Below are positions 1-9,764 of a stretch of DNA of 64,000 bases, in pieces. A program made the position numbers and the translations under genes. The notes under the pieces are model-generated. The model was not told the DNA's origin, did not search any database, and saw nothing but the letters and a program-made list of their open reading frames with translations. Where the stretch lies: the IMG/VR virus record IMGVR_UViG_3300032335_000499; one strand, 5' to 3'. Position 1 is the first letter of the stretch; every line of letters starts with the position of its first letter. Source of the DNA: a virus (Duplodnaviria; Heunggongvirae; Uroviricota; Caudoviricetes).

Positions 1-148
1 CGCTGGATGGAAGAGTTCAGGTACCGGCACAATAACTTTCAATACAATTGGACAAGCTTGTACTTTACAGTATATTAGTAGCAAGTGGTTCTGCATCGGT
101 AACAACGGGGCAACTTTCGCATAACAACAAATATAATAGGAAGCAAAA

Positions 149-2317
149 ATGGTCGATAGCATTAAAATTACCGCATTACAAGATATAGGTGCAAACATTG
201 CCTATACTACCTTAGTTCCATTAGTCAATATGGCAGGAACTCCTACTACTCAGAAAGCTAATCTACAAAATTTAGGCAATCTGATTCTTAACGGTGCGGG
301 TGGTTCGTACTTTGCTCGTGCAGCACAGGCTAACTTAGCTCTCAGTGTTGCAAATGCTGCACAACCAAACATAACGAGCGTAGGTACTCTTACTTCTTTA
401 GTTGTTACAGGAAACATTACTACTGGTAACATTAACGGTGGAAATATTGTAGTGGCAAACTTCTACTACGGTGATGGTAGATTCTTAACTAACGTAGTGG
501 CTAATAGTTCATATAGTAATAGCAATGTTGCAAACTATCTTCCAACCTTCACTGGTAACGTAGGCGCAGGTAACGTTAACGTTACTGGTACAGTATATGC
601 TAATGGATTAAGTTCTACTGGTTTAGCGTCATTAACTACACTAACTGTTGGGGCATCTGCTAATTTAGGTGCTGTTGGTAATATTACAATTACCGGCGGA
701 AGCAATGGTCAAGTTCTTACTACAAACGGCAATGGTGTATTGAGTTGGTCAAATGATGCTAACAGTTCATACGGAAATAGCAATGTAGTTACATTATTAT
801 CAGCGTTTGGTAGTAACACTATCACTACAACTGGTAATGTTTCCGTAGGTAATATCATTGGTAATGGCCAAGCATTGACTAATATTGCCGGTGCTAATGT
901 CTCTGGTTTCGTCCCTAATGCTAATGTTGCTAATACTGCGTTTGCAGTCGCAGCCGCTAATGTTTCTGGCTTAGGTAACATCGCTACTATCAATTTAACC
1001 GGTAGTAATGCTAATGTGTTGTACGGTAACGGAGTATTTGCTCCTGTTTCTGGTGCTGGTGGATTACCATTAGCCAATGGCTCATCAAACTTTAATATTG
1101 CTACCAGTGGTGGTAATGTTACTATTGATGTAGCAGGATTAGAAACTTGGACATTTGATACCAACGGCAACTTGACTATTCCTGGTAGTATCGTTGGTAC
1201 TGCTACTGTAGATATCGACAACCGTGCCACAGGCAACACCGCAGATATCAATTTATATTCAGCCGATGACATATTGATACAAGCCCGTGATCGTGATGCA
1301 GGATCTACTGCTGAAGGTGGTGACATTAATATTTTTGCCGGTGATAGTGCCGAAGATAGTGATACATCAGCAGGTGACATTGTTATTGAAGCCGGTCGTG
1401 GTGGCGCAGCCAATCTTGATTTTGGTGGTGATGGTGGATTCATTCGTATAGAGGCCGGTCGAGGCGGTAATGCCGTAGGTGCTAATTACTCTGCACAAAG
1501 CGGCGGTTCTCTTACACTTAATGCAGGCAATGCCGGTGGTAACAATGGTAATATTGACCTAGGTAATTCAGGCGGTGATGTAACCATAAATGCCGGTGAT
1601 AGTACGGGCAATGGTGATCCTGGTGGCAGTATCATTCTAAGATCAGGCGACGCCGGTGCAAACGCATTAGCAGGACAAATTCAACTAATCATATCTGGTG
1701 GAGATGTTGGCCCCGGCGGCACTTGGATATTCGACGGTGAAGGCATAATTCAACTACCTAATAGCGGAACTATTGGTAATGACGGAAACAATATTGATAT
1801 TGGTAGCACTAGTGCTATCAGTCTTGAAGCATCTAGTGCAGTAAACATCTATACTGATACAGGTACTGCCGCTTGGCAATGGCAATTTCAGGATGACGGT
1901 AATCTAAGATTGCCAACTATTGAATTGGATGTAGGTAACACTATCAACGAGCAGACAGTAATTCAAAGTCAACGTAAGATTATCCCAGGGCTTAGATACA
2001 GTGCTGAAATCAATGGTACTACACCAACAGTTGTTTATACTGCTACCAGTATTGACACAACTTCAATGAAAGTTGCAATGCAAATTCAGCACATTGGCTT
2101 AGGATTTGAATTTTTTGATGTGTCTGCTACATCTACAGGTGGTGATACTTTCTATACAGTAAGCAACAGAGTTCAACCACCTACAATTGATAACAGCGAT
2201 GTAGTAGTTGACTTGAACGGCTCTAATATAATGGAAATTACAGTAACAATTAACTCAGGCGCAGCCAATAGTTGGGTTACATATGATGCTACCGAATTCG
2301 GTATCGCAGTAGATTAA
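149..2317 (+). CDS. tail fibre protein (repeat-rich, Gly/Asn/Thr-rich)
   Basis: 722-aa ORF; low-complexity GN(V/I)T repeats plus recurring W(T/Q)FD.(D/N)GNL.(L/I)P motif; AGGAAG RBS 8 nt upstream of ATG; TATAATA late-promoter-like box at ~131-138. Confidence 0.6.
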   Translation: MVDSIKITALQDIGANIAYTTLVPLVNMAGTPTTQKANLQNLGNLILNGAGGSYFARAAQANLALSVANAAQPNITSVGTLTSLVVTGNITTGNINGGNIVVANFYYGDGRFLTNVVANSSYSNSNVANYLPTFTGNVGAGNVNVTGTVYANGLSSTGLASLTTLTVGASANLGAVGNITITGGSNGQVLTTNGNGVLSWSNDANSSYGNSNVVTLLSAFGSNTITTTGNVSVGNIIGNGQALTNIAGANVSGFVPNANVANTAFAVAAANVSGLGNIATINLTGSNANVLYGNGVFAPVSGAGGLPLANGSSNFNIATSGGNVTIDVAGLETWTFDTNGNLTIPGSIVGTATVDIDNRATGNTADINLYSADDILIQARDRDAGSTAEGGDINIFAGDSAEDSDTSAGDIVIEAGRGGAANLDFGGDGGFIRIEAGRGGNAVGANYSAQSGGSLTLNAGNAGGNNGNIDLGNSGGDVTINAGDSTGNGDPGGSIILRSGDAGANALAGQIQLIISGGDVGPGGTWIFDGEGIIQLPNSGTIGNDGNNIDIGSTSAISLEASSAVNIYTDTGTAAWQWQFQDDGNLRLPTIELDVGNTINEQTVIQSQRKIIPGLRYSAEINGTTPTVVYTATSIDTTSMKVAMQIQHIGLGFEFFDVSATSTGGDTFYTVSNRVQPPTIDNSDVVVDLNGSNIMEITVTINSGAANSWVTYDATEFGIAVD

Positions 2318-2337
2318 TAAGAATAAGGAAAAATAAA

Positions 2338-5300
2338 ATGGCAGCTAACTTACTACCAATCACGTCGGACGGTGGATTTACATCTGGCGGAAATATCAAC
2401 TCATCCGGTGATCCAAGTTCGGCACCAAGTCTAAATGATTTCTTCAGTATAACTTCTGCGGCTAACTTTGCTATTGTAACTGACAATGCTAACACTGACC
2501 AAACTTGGACATTTGATGATACTGGTAACTTGACCTTGCCATTAGGCAGTATTGTTCATGAAACCAACATTCCAGACCAATCACTTAGTGGTAGTGCTAT
2601 TGCTTTAAAACCAATAGGTGGAACTACTGCCAATCAACAGTTATTAATATATCCAACAGCGGCTGATGGTGATCACATTCACTTGACAAGTGGCAACTTG
2701 TACGCAACCGAGTTGTTCTTAGGTAGTGATAACTTATATGTTAAGTTAGCAAACACAGGTAATGTTGTTATCAACAGTAATGATGGTAATAGTAGTAATG
2801 CTATGTGGACATTTGACACAGATGGTAACCTAACACTACCAGGTAATACTTTTGCAGTTAACTACGCTAACGGTACTCAAGTATCAATTGGTGGCGGTGG
2901 TGCTAATACAGGTAATGTGACATTTAGCGACCAAATTGTAATAGGCACTGGCAGCAATGATGGCAGTGGCGGATTGTATTTGGCTCCTGGAAATAATAGT
3001 ATTGCTAATAGTGCATTACAATACCTGAGAGTGCGCGGTGGTGATGTTGTCACACACATTCACCTTGACACAGGCAACAACGCCTTTTATGACCAATACT
3101 TTGGTGATGATGCCAAATATGTAAAACTTGAATTGGGTGATACAGGCAATGTCGTAATCGGTACTGATGATGCTAATGGTAATCAGTACAGTTGGTCATT
3201 TACTAGTGACGGTAATTTAATCCTAGCTGATGGCAACAGTATAATTACGAGCGTTGCTAATAGTTCTTTGGATCCAAATAATGCAAATGTCAGCACAATG
3301 GTCTTTACACCGGATCAAAATTATACCTCACAATCATTAGTTATTGACCCAACTGGTCCAAGTCATATTCACTTACGAGCACCAGGTGCAAATATTGACG
3401 AACCAGATGCTAATATATTCTTAGGTGGTGAAGATTCAAGTTTTGAAGTAGGTTACTATAACGGTGCCGCTCCTAACTTATACATTCACAGTAATAACAA
3501 CACTTGGACATTTGGAACTGATGGTAACTTAACTACACCAAGTAACTTAGTGATTGGCCCAGGTACCGGTAGTGGTTCAAGGATATTTCAATATGACGAG
3601 GGTCTAGAAATTGTAGGAGAAGGTGCTAACTCCGTTGTACTAATGGGTTGGACAGCAAATACAAGCGCACCCGATAGTGTTGCAACAATAGCAATGAATT
3701 ACCCAAGTGGTGGCGAAGGTAATATATTGATTGCTGTAGGTAATAACGCAACTACAGTAAACTACTGGCTCTTCGACAATACCGGTAATACAACATTCCC
3801 GCGTGATACTGGTCCTAATACGACTGATCCTATCTTAACTATTACAGGTGGTGCAAATCCAAAAATCTTGTCAGAAGATGCTAGTTTAGCAGGTCCTGCT
3901 AATCTTGAGATTACTGCTCTTAATACTATATTCACCGGCTCTAGTGGTAGCGCAATCAAGATTTATCCTGATGATGGTGAAGTTGCGTCTGATGGTAATC
4001 TTCAGATTTGGGCTAACTCGGGCGGCAATACTGAATACAGTTGGACATTTGACACAACTGGTATATTAACATTGCCTCAAGGTAGTCAAATAACTGAAAC
4101 TGCTAATACTAGTGTTAATATCACAGCCAATGCTAATACATGGGCCTTTGGTGTAGATGGTAACTTAACAGTCCCGGGTAGTTTGATTAATGATACTTCA
4201 ATAGTTCTATCAGCGCCCGCTGTTTTTAACATCTGCACTATTGCTACTGCCGGCAGTGGATATAATACTGGCAGCAGTTTGAAAGCAACTACTGGAGGTT
4301 CAGGCACAGGAATGACTGTAGGTATAGGCTACGGACTGAGTAATCAATTAACAAGTGTAAGTGTAGTAAATCCAGGTACAGGATATGTTAATGGTGATGT
4401 GATTACTGTATCTGAAGGCACCGGCGGAACATTTGTAATAACCAAATATAATGTATTAGCCAATCAAACCAATAATAACACTGTTCAAACTAATCTTACA
4501 TTTGCTAATAATACATTAACACTACCAATATACGGTGAAATAGCATCCAATGCTAATATGACATTGACTACTAATTATAGTAACGCAGGTAATACAAGTA
4601 GTTGGATACTTGACACAACTGGTAACTTAACTCTACCAGACACCACAAGCGTTCTTGCTAATGTAGGCATAACACTTGAAGCAAACGACACTGGAAATAT
4701 CACGGGATTAAGTGTAATCGGCGATTCCCACGCAAATCTATATGCTCATGGTAATATAACATTATATGCGAATACCGGTGGCGCGGGAAGTAGTTGGACA
4801 TTTGACAATACAGGTAACTTAGTATTGCCAGGCAATACTTTTGCAGTTAACTACGCTAATGGTACTCAAGTGTCCTTAGGTGGTGGCAACGTTACTTGGT
4901 CACAGATAGAAGATAAAGATGGTAACAGTGGACCTACTATAATAACCCTAGGTCAAAATGCAGGATTTGACGGTCAAGGCAATGCCGCAATAGCAATTGG
5001 TAAAAATGCTGGTCAAGGTGGTCAAGGTGATTCATCAATAACAATCGGAGAAGATGCTGGTGGTAACACTACTCAAGGCGCTAATGCAGTAGCAATTGGT
5101 AGATCGGCTGGTTTTGATGCACAGGGTGAGTATGCTGTGGCCATTGGTCAAAATGCTGGTTACGCCTTTCAAGGCCTCCAAACAGTGGCTGTTGGCCTAA
5201 ATGCTGGTTCAAACACACAAAGTAATTTGGCAGTGGCCATTGGTGTTAGTGCTGGTTCAAACACACAAGGTGATGCCGCAGTGGCCATTGGTGCGACGGC

Positions 5301-6327
5301 TGGTTTTGATGCACAAGGCAATCAGGCAGTGGCCATTGGGACCGGTGCTGGCGAAACCTCACAAGGTACTTACGCAGTGGCCATTGGTAGTGGCGCAGGC
5401 GCAAATGCTCAAGGTAACAACTCAATCATATTGAATGCTACTGGCGCAAACTTAAATCAAACTACAGCAAATACATTCACTGTATCACCAGTACGCAATG
5501 ATACTTCAAATATTGCTGAAGTTATGTTCTACAATGCTACTAGTAAAGAAGTTACATATGGTAACACAATAAGTATTGCTGGTAATGCTAACGTTGGTAA
5601 CTTGAGTACAACAACTGCAATCATTACAACCGGTAACATCACTACTATCAATAGCGGTCTATTACAGAATGGTAACTCAAACATCACTCTTACCGCTAAT
5701 GGTAATGTTTCAATTCAAGCAGCCGGTAGCAACGTTGAATTAGTAGTTACAAGTACTGGTGCTAACGTCACTGGTACATTTAATGCCACTGGCAATATCA
5801 CAGGATCATATCTAATATCAGCCCAGGCTTCAGGTGATGAAGGCGGTGAGATTTCGTTGGCACAACCACCAAATGGTAATCTATCAGGTGGTATTACTAT
5901 TGATGCATATCAAAATACATTGCGAATGTTTGAGCAAGGTGGAACTGCAAGAGGCTTATCAGTAGATATTGCTAATAGCCCGGCTGGTGGTGGCACTGCA
6001 ATAGGTTACAGAGATATTCCTCAAGTGGCTGCCGGTAACGTTACATTGGCTGCAACCGATGCAGGTAAACATTACTACTCAACTACTGCTGGTAACTTAA
6101 CGTTGACTATTCCATTGAACTCATCAGTTCCATTCACTACAGGTACAGCAATCAGTATCGTTGTTCAGGCGGCGGGCAATGTCTTAGTCAATGCAGCAAG
6201 CGGTGTTACATTGTATATGGCAGGTAACAGTACAGCGGCTAATCGTGTAGTTGGTGGTTATGGTATGGCAACACTACTGAAAGTAGCAAGTGATACTTGG
6301 TTCATTAACGGTGCAGGAGTAGCATAA
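2338..6327 (+). CDS. large tail fibre protein (1329 aa) with internal duplications and 13-aa tandem repeats
   Basis: Long ORF immediately downstream of previous fibre gene; about 10 copies of WTFD.(D/T)GNLTLP motif; duplicated segment PGNTFAVNYANGTQVS at aa ~165 and ~835; AVAIG.NAG..QG tandem repeats. Confidence 0.6.
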   Translation: MAANLLPITSDGGFTSGGNINSSGDPSSAPSLNDFFSITSAANFAIVTDNANTDQTWTFDDTGNLTLPLGSIVHETNIPDQSLSGSAIALKPIGGTTANQQLLIYPTAADGDHIHLTSGNLYATELFLGSDNLYVKLANTGNVVINSNDGNSSNAMWTFDTDGNLTLPGNTFAVNYANGTQVSIGGGGANTGNVTFSDQIVIGTGSNDGSGGLYLAPGNNSIANSALQYLRVRGGDVVTHIHLDTGNNAFYDQYFGDDAKYVKLELGDTGNVVIGTDDANGNQYSWSFTSDGNLILADGNSIITSVANSSLDPNNANVSTMVFTPDQNYTSQSLVIDPTGPSHIHLRAPGANIDEPDANIFLGGEDSSFEVGYYNGAAPNLYIHSNNNTWTFGTDGNLTTPSNLVIGPGTGSGSRIFQYDEGLEIVGEGANSVVLMGWTANTSAPDSVATIAMNYPSGGEGNILIAVGNNATTVNYWLFDNTGNTTFPRDTGPNTTDPILTITGGANPKILSEDASLAGPANLEITALNTIFTGSSGSAIKIYPDDGEVASDGNLQIWANSGGNTEYSWTFDTTGILTLPQGSQITETANTSVNITANANTWAFGVDGNLTVPGSLINDTSIVLSAPAVFNICTIATAGSGYNTGSSLKATTGGSGTGMTVGIGYGLSNQLTSVSVVNPGTGYVNGDVITVSEGTGGTFVITKYNVLANQTNNNTVQTNLTFANNTLTLPIYGEIASNANMTLTTNYSNAGNTSSWILDTTGNLTLPDTTSVLANVGITLEANDTGNITGLSVIGDSHANLYAHGNITLYANTGGAGSSWTFDNTGNLVLPGNTFAVNYANGTQVSLGGGNVTWSQIEDKDGNSGPTIITLGQNAGFDGQGNAAIAIGKNAGQGGQGDSSITIGEDAGGNTTQGANAVAIGRSAGFDAQGEYAVAIGQNAGYAFQGLQTVAVGLNAGSNTQSNLAVAIGVSAGSNTQGDAAVAIGATAGFDAQGNQAVAIGTGAGETSQGTYAVAIGSGAGANAQGNNSIILNATGANLNQTTANTFTVSPVRNDTSNIAEVMFYNATSKEVTYGNTISIAGNANVGNLSTTTAIITTGNITTINSGLLQNGNSNITLTANGNVSIQAAGSNVELVVTSTGANVTGTFNATGNITGSYLISAQASGDEGGEISLAQPPNGNLSGGITIDAYQNTLRMFEQGGTARGLSVDIANSPAGGGTAIGYRDIPQVAAGNVTLAATDAGKHYYSTTAGNLTLTIPLNSSVPFTTGTAISIVVQAAGNVLVNAASGVTLYMAGNSTAANRVVGGYGMATLLKVASDTWFINGAGVA
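4945..5415 (+). repeat. about 12 tandem copies of a 39-nt (13-codon) repeat inside the tail-fibre gene (..gcagtggccattggt..aatgctggt..caagg..)
   Basis: Nucleotide-level periodicity visible: gcagtggccattgg recurs at ~5088, 5136, 5231, 5280, 5328, 5382; encodes AVAIG.NAG..AQG units; creates spurious alternate-frame ORF 5201..5434. Confidence 0.6.
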
Positions 6328-7064
6328 TGGCAGGTGCAATGTTGGCTATGATGAATAATGTAGCAGGTGTGTCTTATACACCTCTTGCTGGTAGCCTTCA
6401 GTTTAACGGAAGTAGTCAGTATCTTAGTATGTCACCAGGCTCCGCATTAGGCACCGGTGCTTATACTATAGAAGGTTGGTTCTACAACAATAGTACCTAT
6501 GCTACTCAAAAGGCATTTGTTGCAACAGATCAATCAGGCGCACTAAGTCTATTCAACACTGATGCACAGTCATTTACACTAGACAAATACGGTGGTGGTG
6601 GTGCAAGAACTTATACTTTTCCCAATAACACTTTGCAAGTCAACAAGTGGCAGTATATCATACTCAATCGTAATGCCAGCACACAGGTAGAAACAATGTG
6701 GGTAGGCACTTTTGTCAATACCAGTGCTTATGTGACCTGCAATCGTGCTACCGGTGCCGCAGGCGGAACCAGTGTCAGTGGTGGAACACAGGTAAACAAT
6801 CTTGATTACACAGGTGTTTGTAACTGGATAGGTAGATTCTATGGTGGGTATTGGCCTGGCTTTATTACCAACCTTAGAATCACTGTTGGAACGGCTGTGT
6901 ATAACAGTACTAGTAGCACAGTCATAGCTCCTTCAGCGCCGTTAGCTAGCTTAGCTAATACCAAATATTTGATGCTGGGTGCGGCTGTAACCACAGATAC
7001 ATCAGGTACGCAAACTGTGACTAACAACGGCACAGTAACACAAACTGCCACTGTACCATTCTAA
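6327..7064 (+). CDS. LamG/ConA-like jelly-roll protein, probable tail-fibre tip / adhesin
   Basis: Start overlaps stop of the upstream fibre gene (ATAATGG); contains FNGSSQYLS...YTIEGWF motifs typical of Laminin_G_3-type domains; followed by bidirectional terminator. Confidence 0.5.
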   Translation: MAGAMLAMMNNVAGVSYTPLAGSLQFNGSSQYLSMSPGSALGTGAYTIEGWFYNNSTYATQKAFVATDQSGALSLFNTDAQSFTLDKYGGGGARTYTFPNNTLQVNKWQYIILNRNASTQVETMWVGTFVNTSAYVTCNRATGAAGGTSVSGGTQVNNLDYTGVCNWIGRFYGGYWPGFITNLRITVGTAVYNSTSSTVIAPSAPLASLANTKYLMLGAAVTTDTSGTQTVTNNGTVTQTATVPF

Positions 7065-7086
7065 AACAAGATTTGGATACTAATAG

Positions 7087-7112
7087 AAAAGCCCCTTTCG
7101 GGGCTTTTCGTT
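7087..7112. terminator. bidirectional rho-independent terminator (aaGCCCCtttcGGGGCtttt)
   Basis: 7-bp GC-rich stem with tttc loop flanked by A-run upstream and T-run downstream; sits between convergent genes 6327..7064 (+) and 7111..7314 (-). Confidence 0.7.
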
Positions 7113-7314
7113 ATTCTTTCGGAAGTGAATCTACTTCTTCAAGTAAGGTCTGAACCTCAGACAAATCTCGGCATACTAGTTTTGCAGTAGCCCAATCATC
7201 TTCTGCATCCTTGCCCGAAATCTCAACCATATATGCGTTGTCATAAAAATAAACGTTGACGGTCTCGCCAACCTTAGTCAGCTTATCACTGACTTTTGAA
7301 ATACCCTTAGCCAT
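7111..7314 (-). CDS. hypothetical protein (67 aa)
   Basis: ORF only. Confidence 0.35.
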   Translation of the reverse strand: MAKGISKVSDKLTKVGETVNVYFYDNAYMVEISGKDAEDDWATAKLVCRDLSEVQTLLEEVDSLPKE

Positions 7315-7681
7315 TAATCGTCTCCAAAATATCTGCTACAGTTACGTCCTTACGGGGACGGTTCTTAATTGCGTCAAGTGAAACTGTAGCCTTGACTGTA
7401 CCTGAACCCTTACGGGCTTCACGTTCTTTATCTTCAAGCGTATCTTGAATCGTTGCTTGATCGTCCTCTGATGAGAACTCCTTACAAGTCAACATATACT
7501 TGAGTGCTTCAATCTTAGTCATAGGATTCGGCAGTTCGATAAAGTCAATACGACCAGCACCGCCTTTAGCAAACTGCTTCACACGACGAACCATGTCATC
7601 AGTGAAACGAACTTTAACATTGCCACCGTGGTCAGTAATACCAACAACAGTGAATGTGTTTCCAGTAATTCTAAAATTCAT
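7307..7681 (-). CDS. hypothetical protein (124 aa)
   Basis: ORF; overlaps downstream gene by 8 nt, typical phage operon packing. Confidence 0.4.
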   Translation of the reverse strand: MNFRITGNTFTVVGITDHGGNVKVRFTDDMVRRVKQFAKGGAGRIDFIELPNPMTKIEALKYMLTCKEFSSEDDQATIQDTLEDKEREARKGSGTVKATVSLDAIKNRPRKDVTVADILETING

Positions 7682-8043
7682 AATATCTTCCTTATTTTAC
7701 ACTGTTTTACATTATTTTACATTAACACAAAAGGCACCCAAAGTCAATAACTTTAGGTACCCATTTCATTTAAGCGTAGTTCGCAGATTCAGAAATCAGC
7801 AAACGACCATATAGTGCCTTAGCCATCTGAATTGCTTCATATGGATTAGCGGCGTTGACATACTGACGAGCAAAGCCTGCACCCGGCTCATCCTTATACT
7901 TTACGAGAACCCAAAATTGACGCTGTGACATATTAATTTACTCCTGCTATAACGCCAATAAAGGCAATCAATGCGAAAAACCCAACAATCTCCCAATATG
8001 CGGGAGTCTGCTTGTACACCCAAAATCTTAGACGTTCAAACAT

Positions 8044-8412
8044 TTACTTCTCCAAAACATAGGGCGTGTTCCACTTGCCCAAATTAATGTCAATGTAATG
8101 ACTGCAATGAAAATAGTCAGTCATAGCATCCGAATGATCAAAGAACTTCGGACCCTTCATCGCAGCAATGACTTCTGCGAAAAACTTTTTAGCTTTACCG
8201 GTATAATGCGAATCAGTGTGATAGACATTGACCTGATTATAATGCGAACCGGTCGTGCTGTTAGCATCAAAGTCAATCTTACCCGACTTGATATTGAGAA
8301 CCAGGGTAGAGTGATTACGAACTGCAAGCGAACCCTTAAGACCATACTTCTTGAGAATGGTCTTGATTACGGGGGCGAGTTCAGACTTCATTTCTTGTGA
8401 AACATATGCCAT
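8044..8412 (-). CDS. hypothetical early protein (start moved to internal Met MAYVSQ)
   Basis: ORF-track N-terminal extension is read-through of the upstream promoter cassette; ATG at ~8412 preceded by GGAG. Confidence 0.45.
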   Translation of the reverse strand: MAYVSQEMKSELAPVIKTILKKYGLKGSLAVRNHSTLVLNIKSGKIDFDANSTTGSHYNQVNVYHTDSHYTGKAKKFFAEVIAAMKGPKFFDHSDAMTDYFHCSHYIDINLGKWNTPYVLEK

Positions 8413-8443
8413 TTTGTATCTCCGTTTTCTCAGCTTATAATTA

Positions 8444-8472
8444 ACTATATACCCATTTAATGGGCATGTCAA
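8444..8472 (-). promoter_or_regulatory. sigma70-like early promoter TTGACA-N17-TATAGT with palindromic spacer CCCATTTAATGGG
   Basis: On - strand reads ggTTGACAtgcccattaaatgggtaTATAGTtaattataagctgagaaaacggagatat then ATG; cassette repeated at 8808, 11224, 10242, 47815. Confidence 0.6.
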
Positions 8473-8497
8473 CCAAAAAATGACCATATTGTCATTT

Positions 8498-8776
8498 TTA
8501 CCAACTTAAGGTAGCCTTCAACCGATATCCCTTCTTTGAAAGGATGTACGTAGGTGTCGCAAGTCCGTGTTTTGCGGCATAACTAAACAAAGAATCAACT
8601 CGGGCAGTACCGGGGATTGTAGCATTTGAGATACCCATCGCATCAGTAACTTGTCTAGATGCCTTGCCAAGTTCCGCGGCAGTTATTTTTCCTGTCTGGG
8701 AAATAGACCTGCGTGAATGAATGATTGATTCAAAGTGTTCAATCTGTTCGGCTTCTGTTTTAAAAATCACTGACAT
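8498..8776 (-). CDS. hypothetical early protein (start moved to MSVIFKTEAEQ)
   Basis: ATG at ~8776 directly after conserved leader ...gagaaaacggagatatattATG. Confidence 0.45.
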   Translation of the reverse strand: MSVIFKTEAEQIEHFESIIHSRRSISQTGKITAAELGKASRQVTDAMGISNATIPGTARVDSLFSYAAKHGLATPTYILSKKGYRLKATLSW

Positions 8777-8807
8777 AATATATCTCCGTTTTCTCAGCTT
8801 ATAATTA

Positions 8808-8836
8808 ACTATATACCCATTAAATGGGCATGTCAA
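8808..8836 (-). promoter_or_regulatory. sigma70-like early promoter TTGACA-N17-TATAGT (second copy, spacer CCCATTAAATGGG)
   Basis: Near-identical ~70-nt cassette to 8444..8472. Confidence 0.6.
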
Positions 8837-8844
8837 CCAAAAAA

Positions 8845-9090
8845 TCACCTAAGGTTATATTTTTTTGCTAACTCATTATGACCTGCTGTTGCTGCCTCTT
8901 CGGTTTCATACCGGGCCAAAACCTCGCTTCCATCTTTACGAAAGATGCAGCTTTCATAAATCTTACCGGCTGGCGCTGGCAGTAATACGGTAGATAAAAA
9001 GGTTTCATCTTCACGCAGAATACCAAATACATCGTCGGTATCTCGACTAGTCATTTGCCATAATATGTCAAACATTAGTAATTGCTTCAA
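8845..9090 (-). CDS. hypothetical protein (81 aa)
   Basis: ORF only. Confidence 0.35.
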   Translation of the reverse strand: MKQLLMFDILWQMTSRDTDDVFGILREDETFLSTVLLPAPAGKIYESCIFRKDGSEVLARYETEEAATAGHNELAKKYNLR

Positions 9091-9292
9091 GCATCTTCTG
9101 CTTTGCTTCTACCTGCTGATTGGTCCAGTCAACAATAGATACTAGCGCATCAATGCCATTTTCAGCAACATCTTTTAGAGTGGGCTGAAGGTATCCTGCA
9201 ATGAATTGGCTTTCTGCACCCTGAGGAGCCATGATACGAAGATTAGCGTACAGCTGGTCAATCAATTCGCTAGTGGTGTAAGACTTATTCAT
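9068..9292 (-). CDS. hypothetical protein (74 aa)
   Basis: ORF only. Confidence 0.35.
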   Translation of the reverse strand: MNKSYTTSELIDQLYANLRIMAPQGAESQFIAGYLQPTLKDVAENGIDALVSIVDWTNQQVEAKQKMLEAITNV

Positions 9293-9304
9293 ATTGATAT
9301 CTCC

Positions 9305-9490
9305 TTAGTTAGCCTTTTCAAGCAGTGCGTCAAATTGGTCTTCAATCCAATTCACACGGCCCTCAGTTGTAGTGATATCAGCTGGGTCAAGAATGTTGTC
9401 AACAACCCACAACCACTTGTCAATGGTGCTATTGTATGCTAGGGCATTCTCAAGCGTGATATATTCTGCTACACGATCACGAAACGACAT
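9305..9490 (-). CDS. hypothetical protein (61 aa)
   Basis: ORF only. Confidence 0.3.
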   Translation of the reverse strand: MSFRDRVAEYITLENALAYNSTIDKWLWVVDNILDPADITTTEGRVNWIEDQFDALLEKAN

Positions 9491-9502
9491 GTTACTATCT
9501 CC

Positions 9503-9685
9503 TTAATTGAGGATTTCAGCGGCGACCAATTCACGCTCACAACGCTTGGCCCACTTCTTAAAAGAAGCAGCAGAGAGTTCGCTGAACCGAAGCCCATATG
9601 CGTACATCTGTTGAGAAATTTCATAAACTTCGGTTGACGAAGTGCGACCTGTAATCGCAGCGATATTTTTTTCAAAACCGTTCAT
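9503..9685 (-). CDS. hypothetical protein (60 aa)
   Basis: ORF; overlapping alternate-frame ORF 9469..9675 judged less likely. Confidence 0.3.
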   Translation of the reverse strand: MNGFEKNIAAITGRTSSTEVYEISQQMYAYGLRFSELSAASFKKWAKRCERELVAAEILN

Positions 9686-9709
9686 ATCAGTATCTCCTTG
9701 CTATATCTC

Positions 9710-9738
9710 TTTATAGCAAAATGGGTACCTTAAGTCAA
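9710..9738 (-). promoter_or_regulatory. sigma70-like promoter TTGACT-N17-TATAAA (subfamily with spacer gcaaaatgggta)
   Basis: revcomp of ctttatagcaaaatgggtaccttaagtcaag; same architecture as 24268 and 47815. Confidence 0.45.
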
Positions 9739-9764
9739 GTAAAAAATGACCTAAGGTACCTTTT

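Noticed and set aside
5201-5434. ORF 5201..5434 (+) with repeating HKVIWQWPLV peptide
   Set aside because: This is an alternate frame of the 39-nt tandem repeats inside the tail-fibre gene. The periodic translation is an artefact of the repeat.
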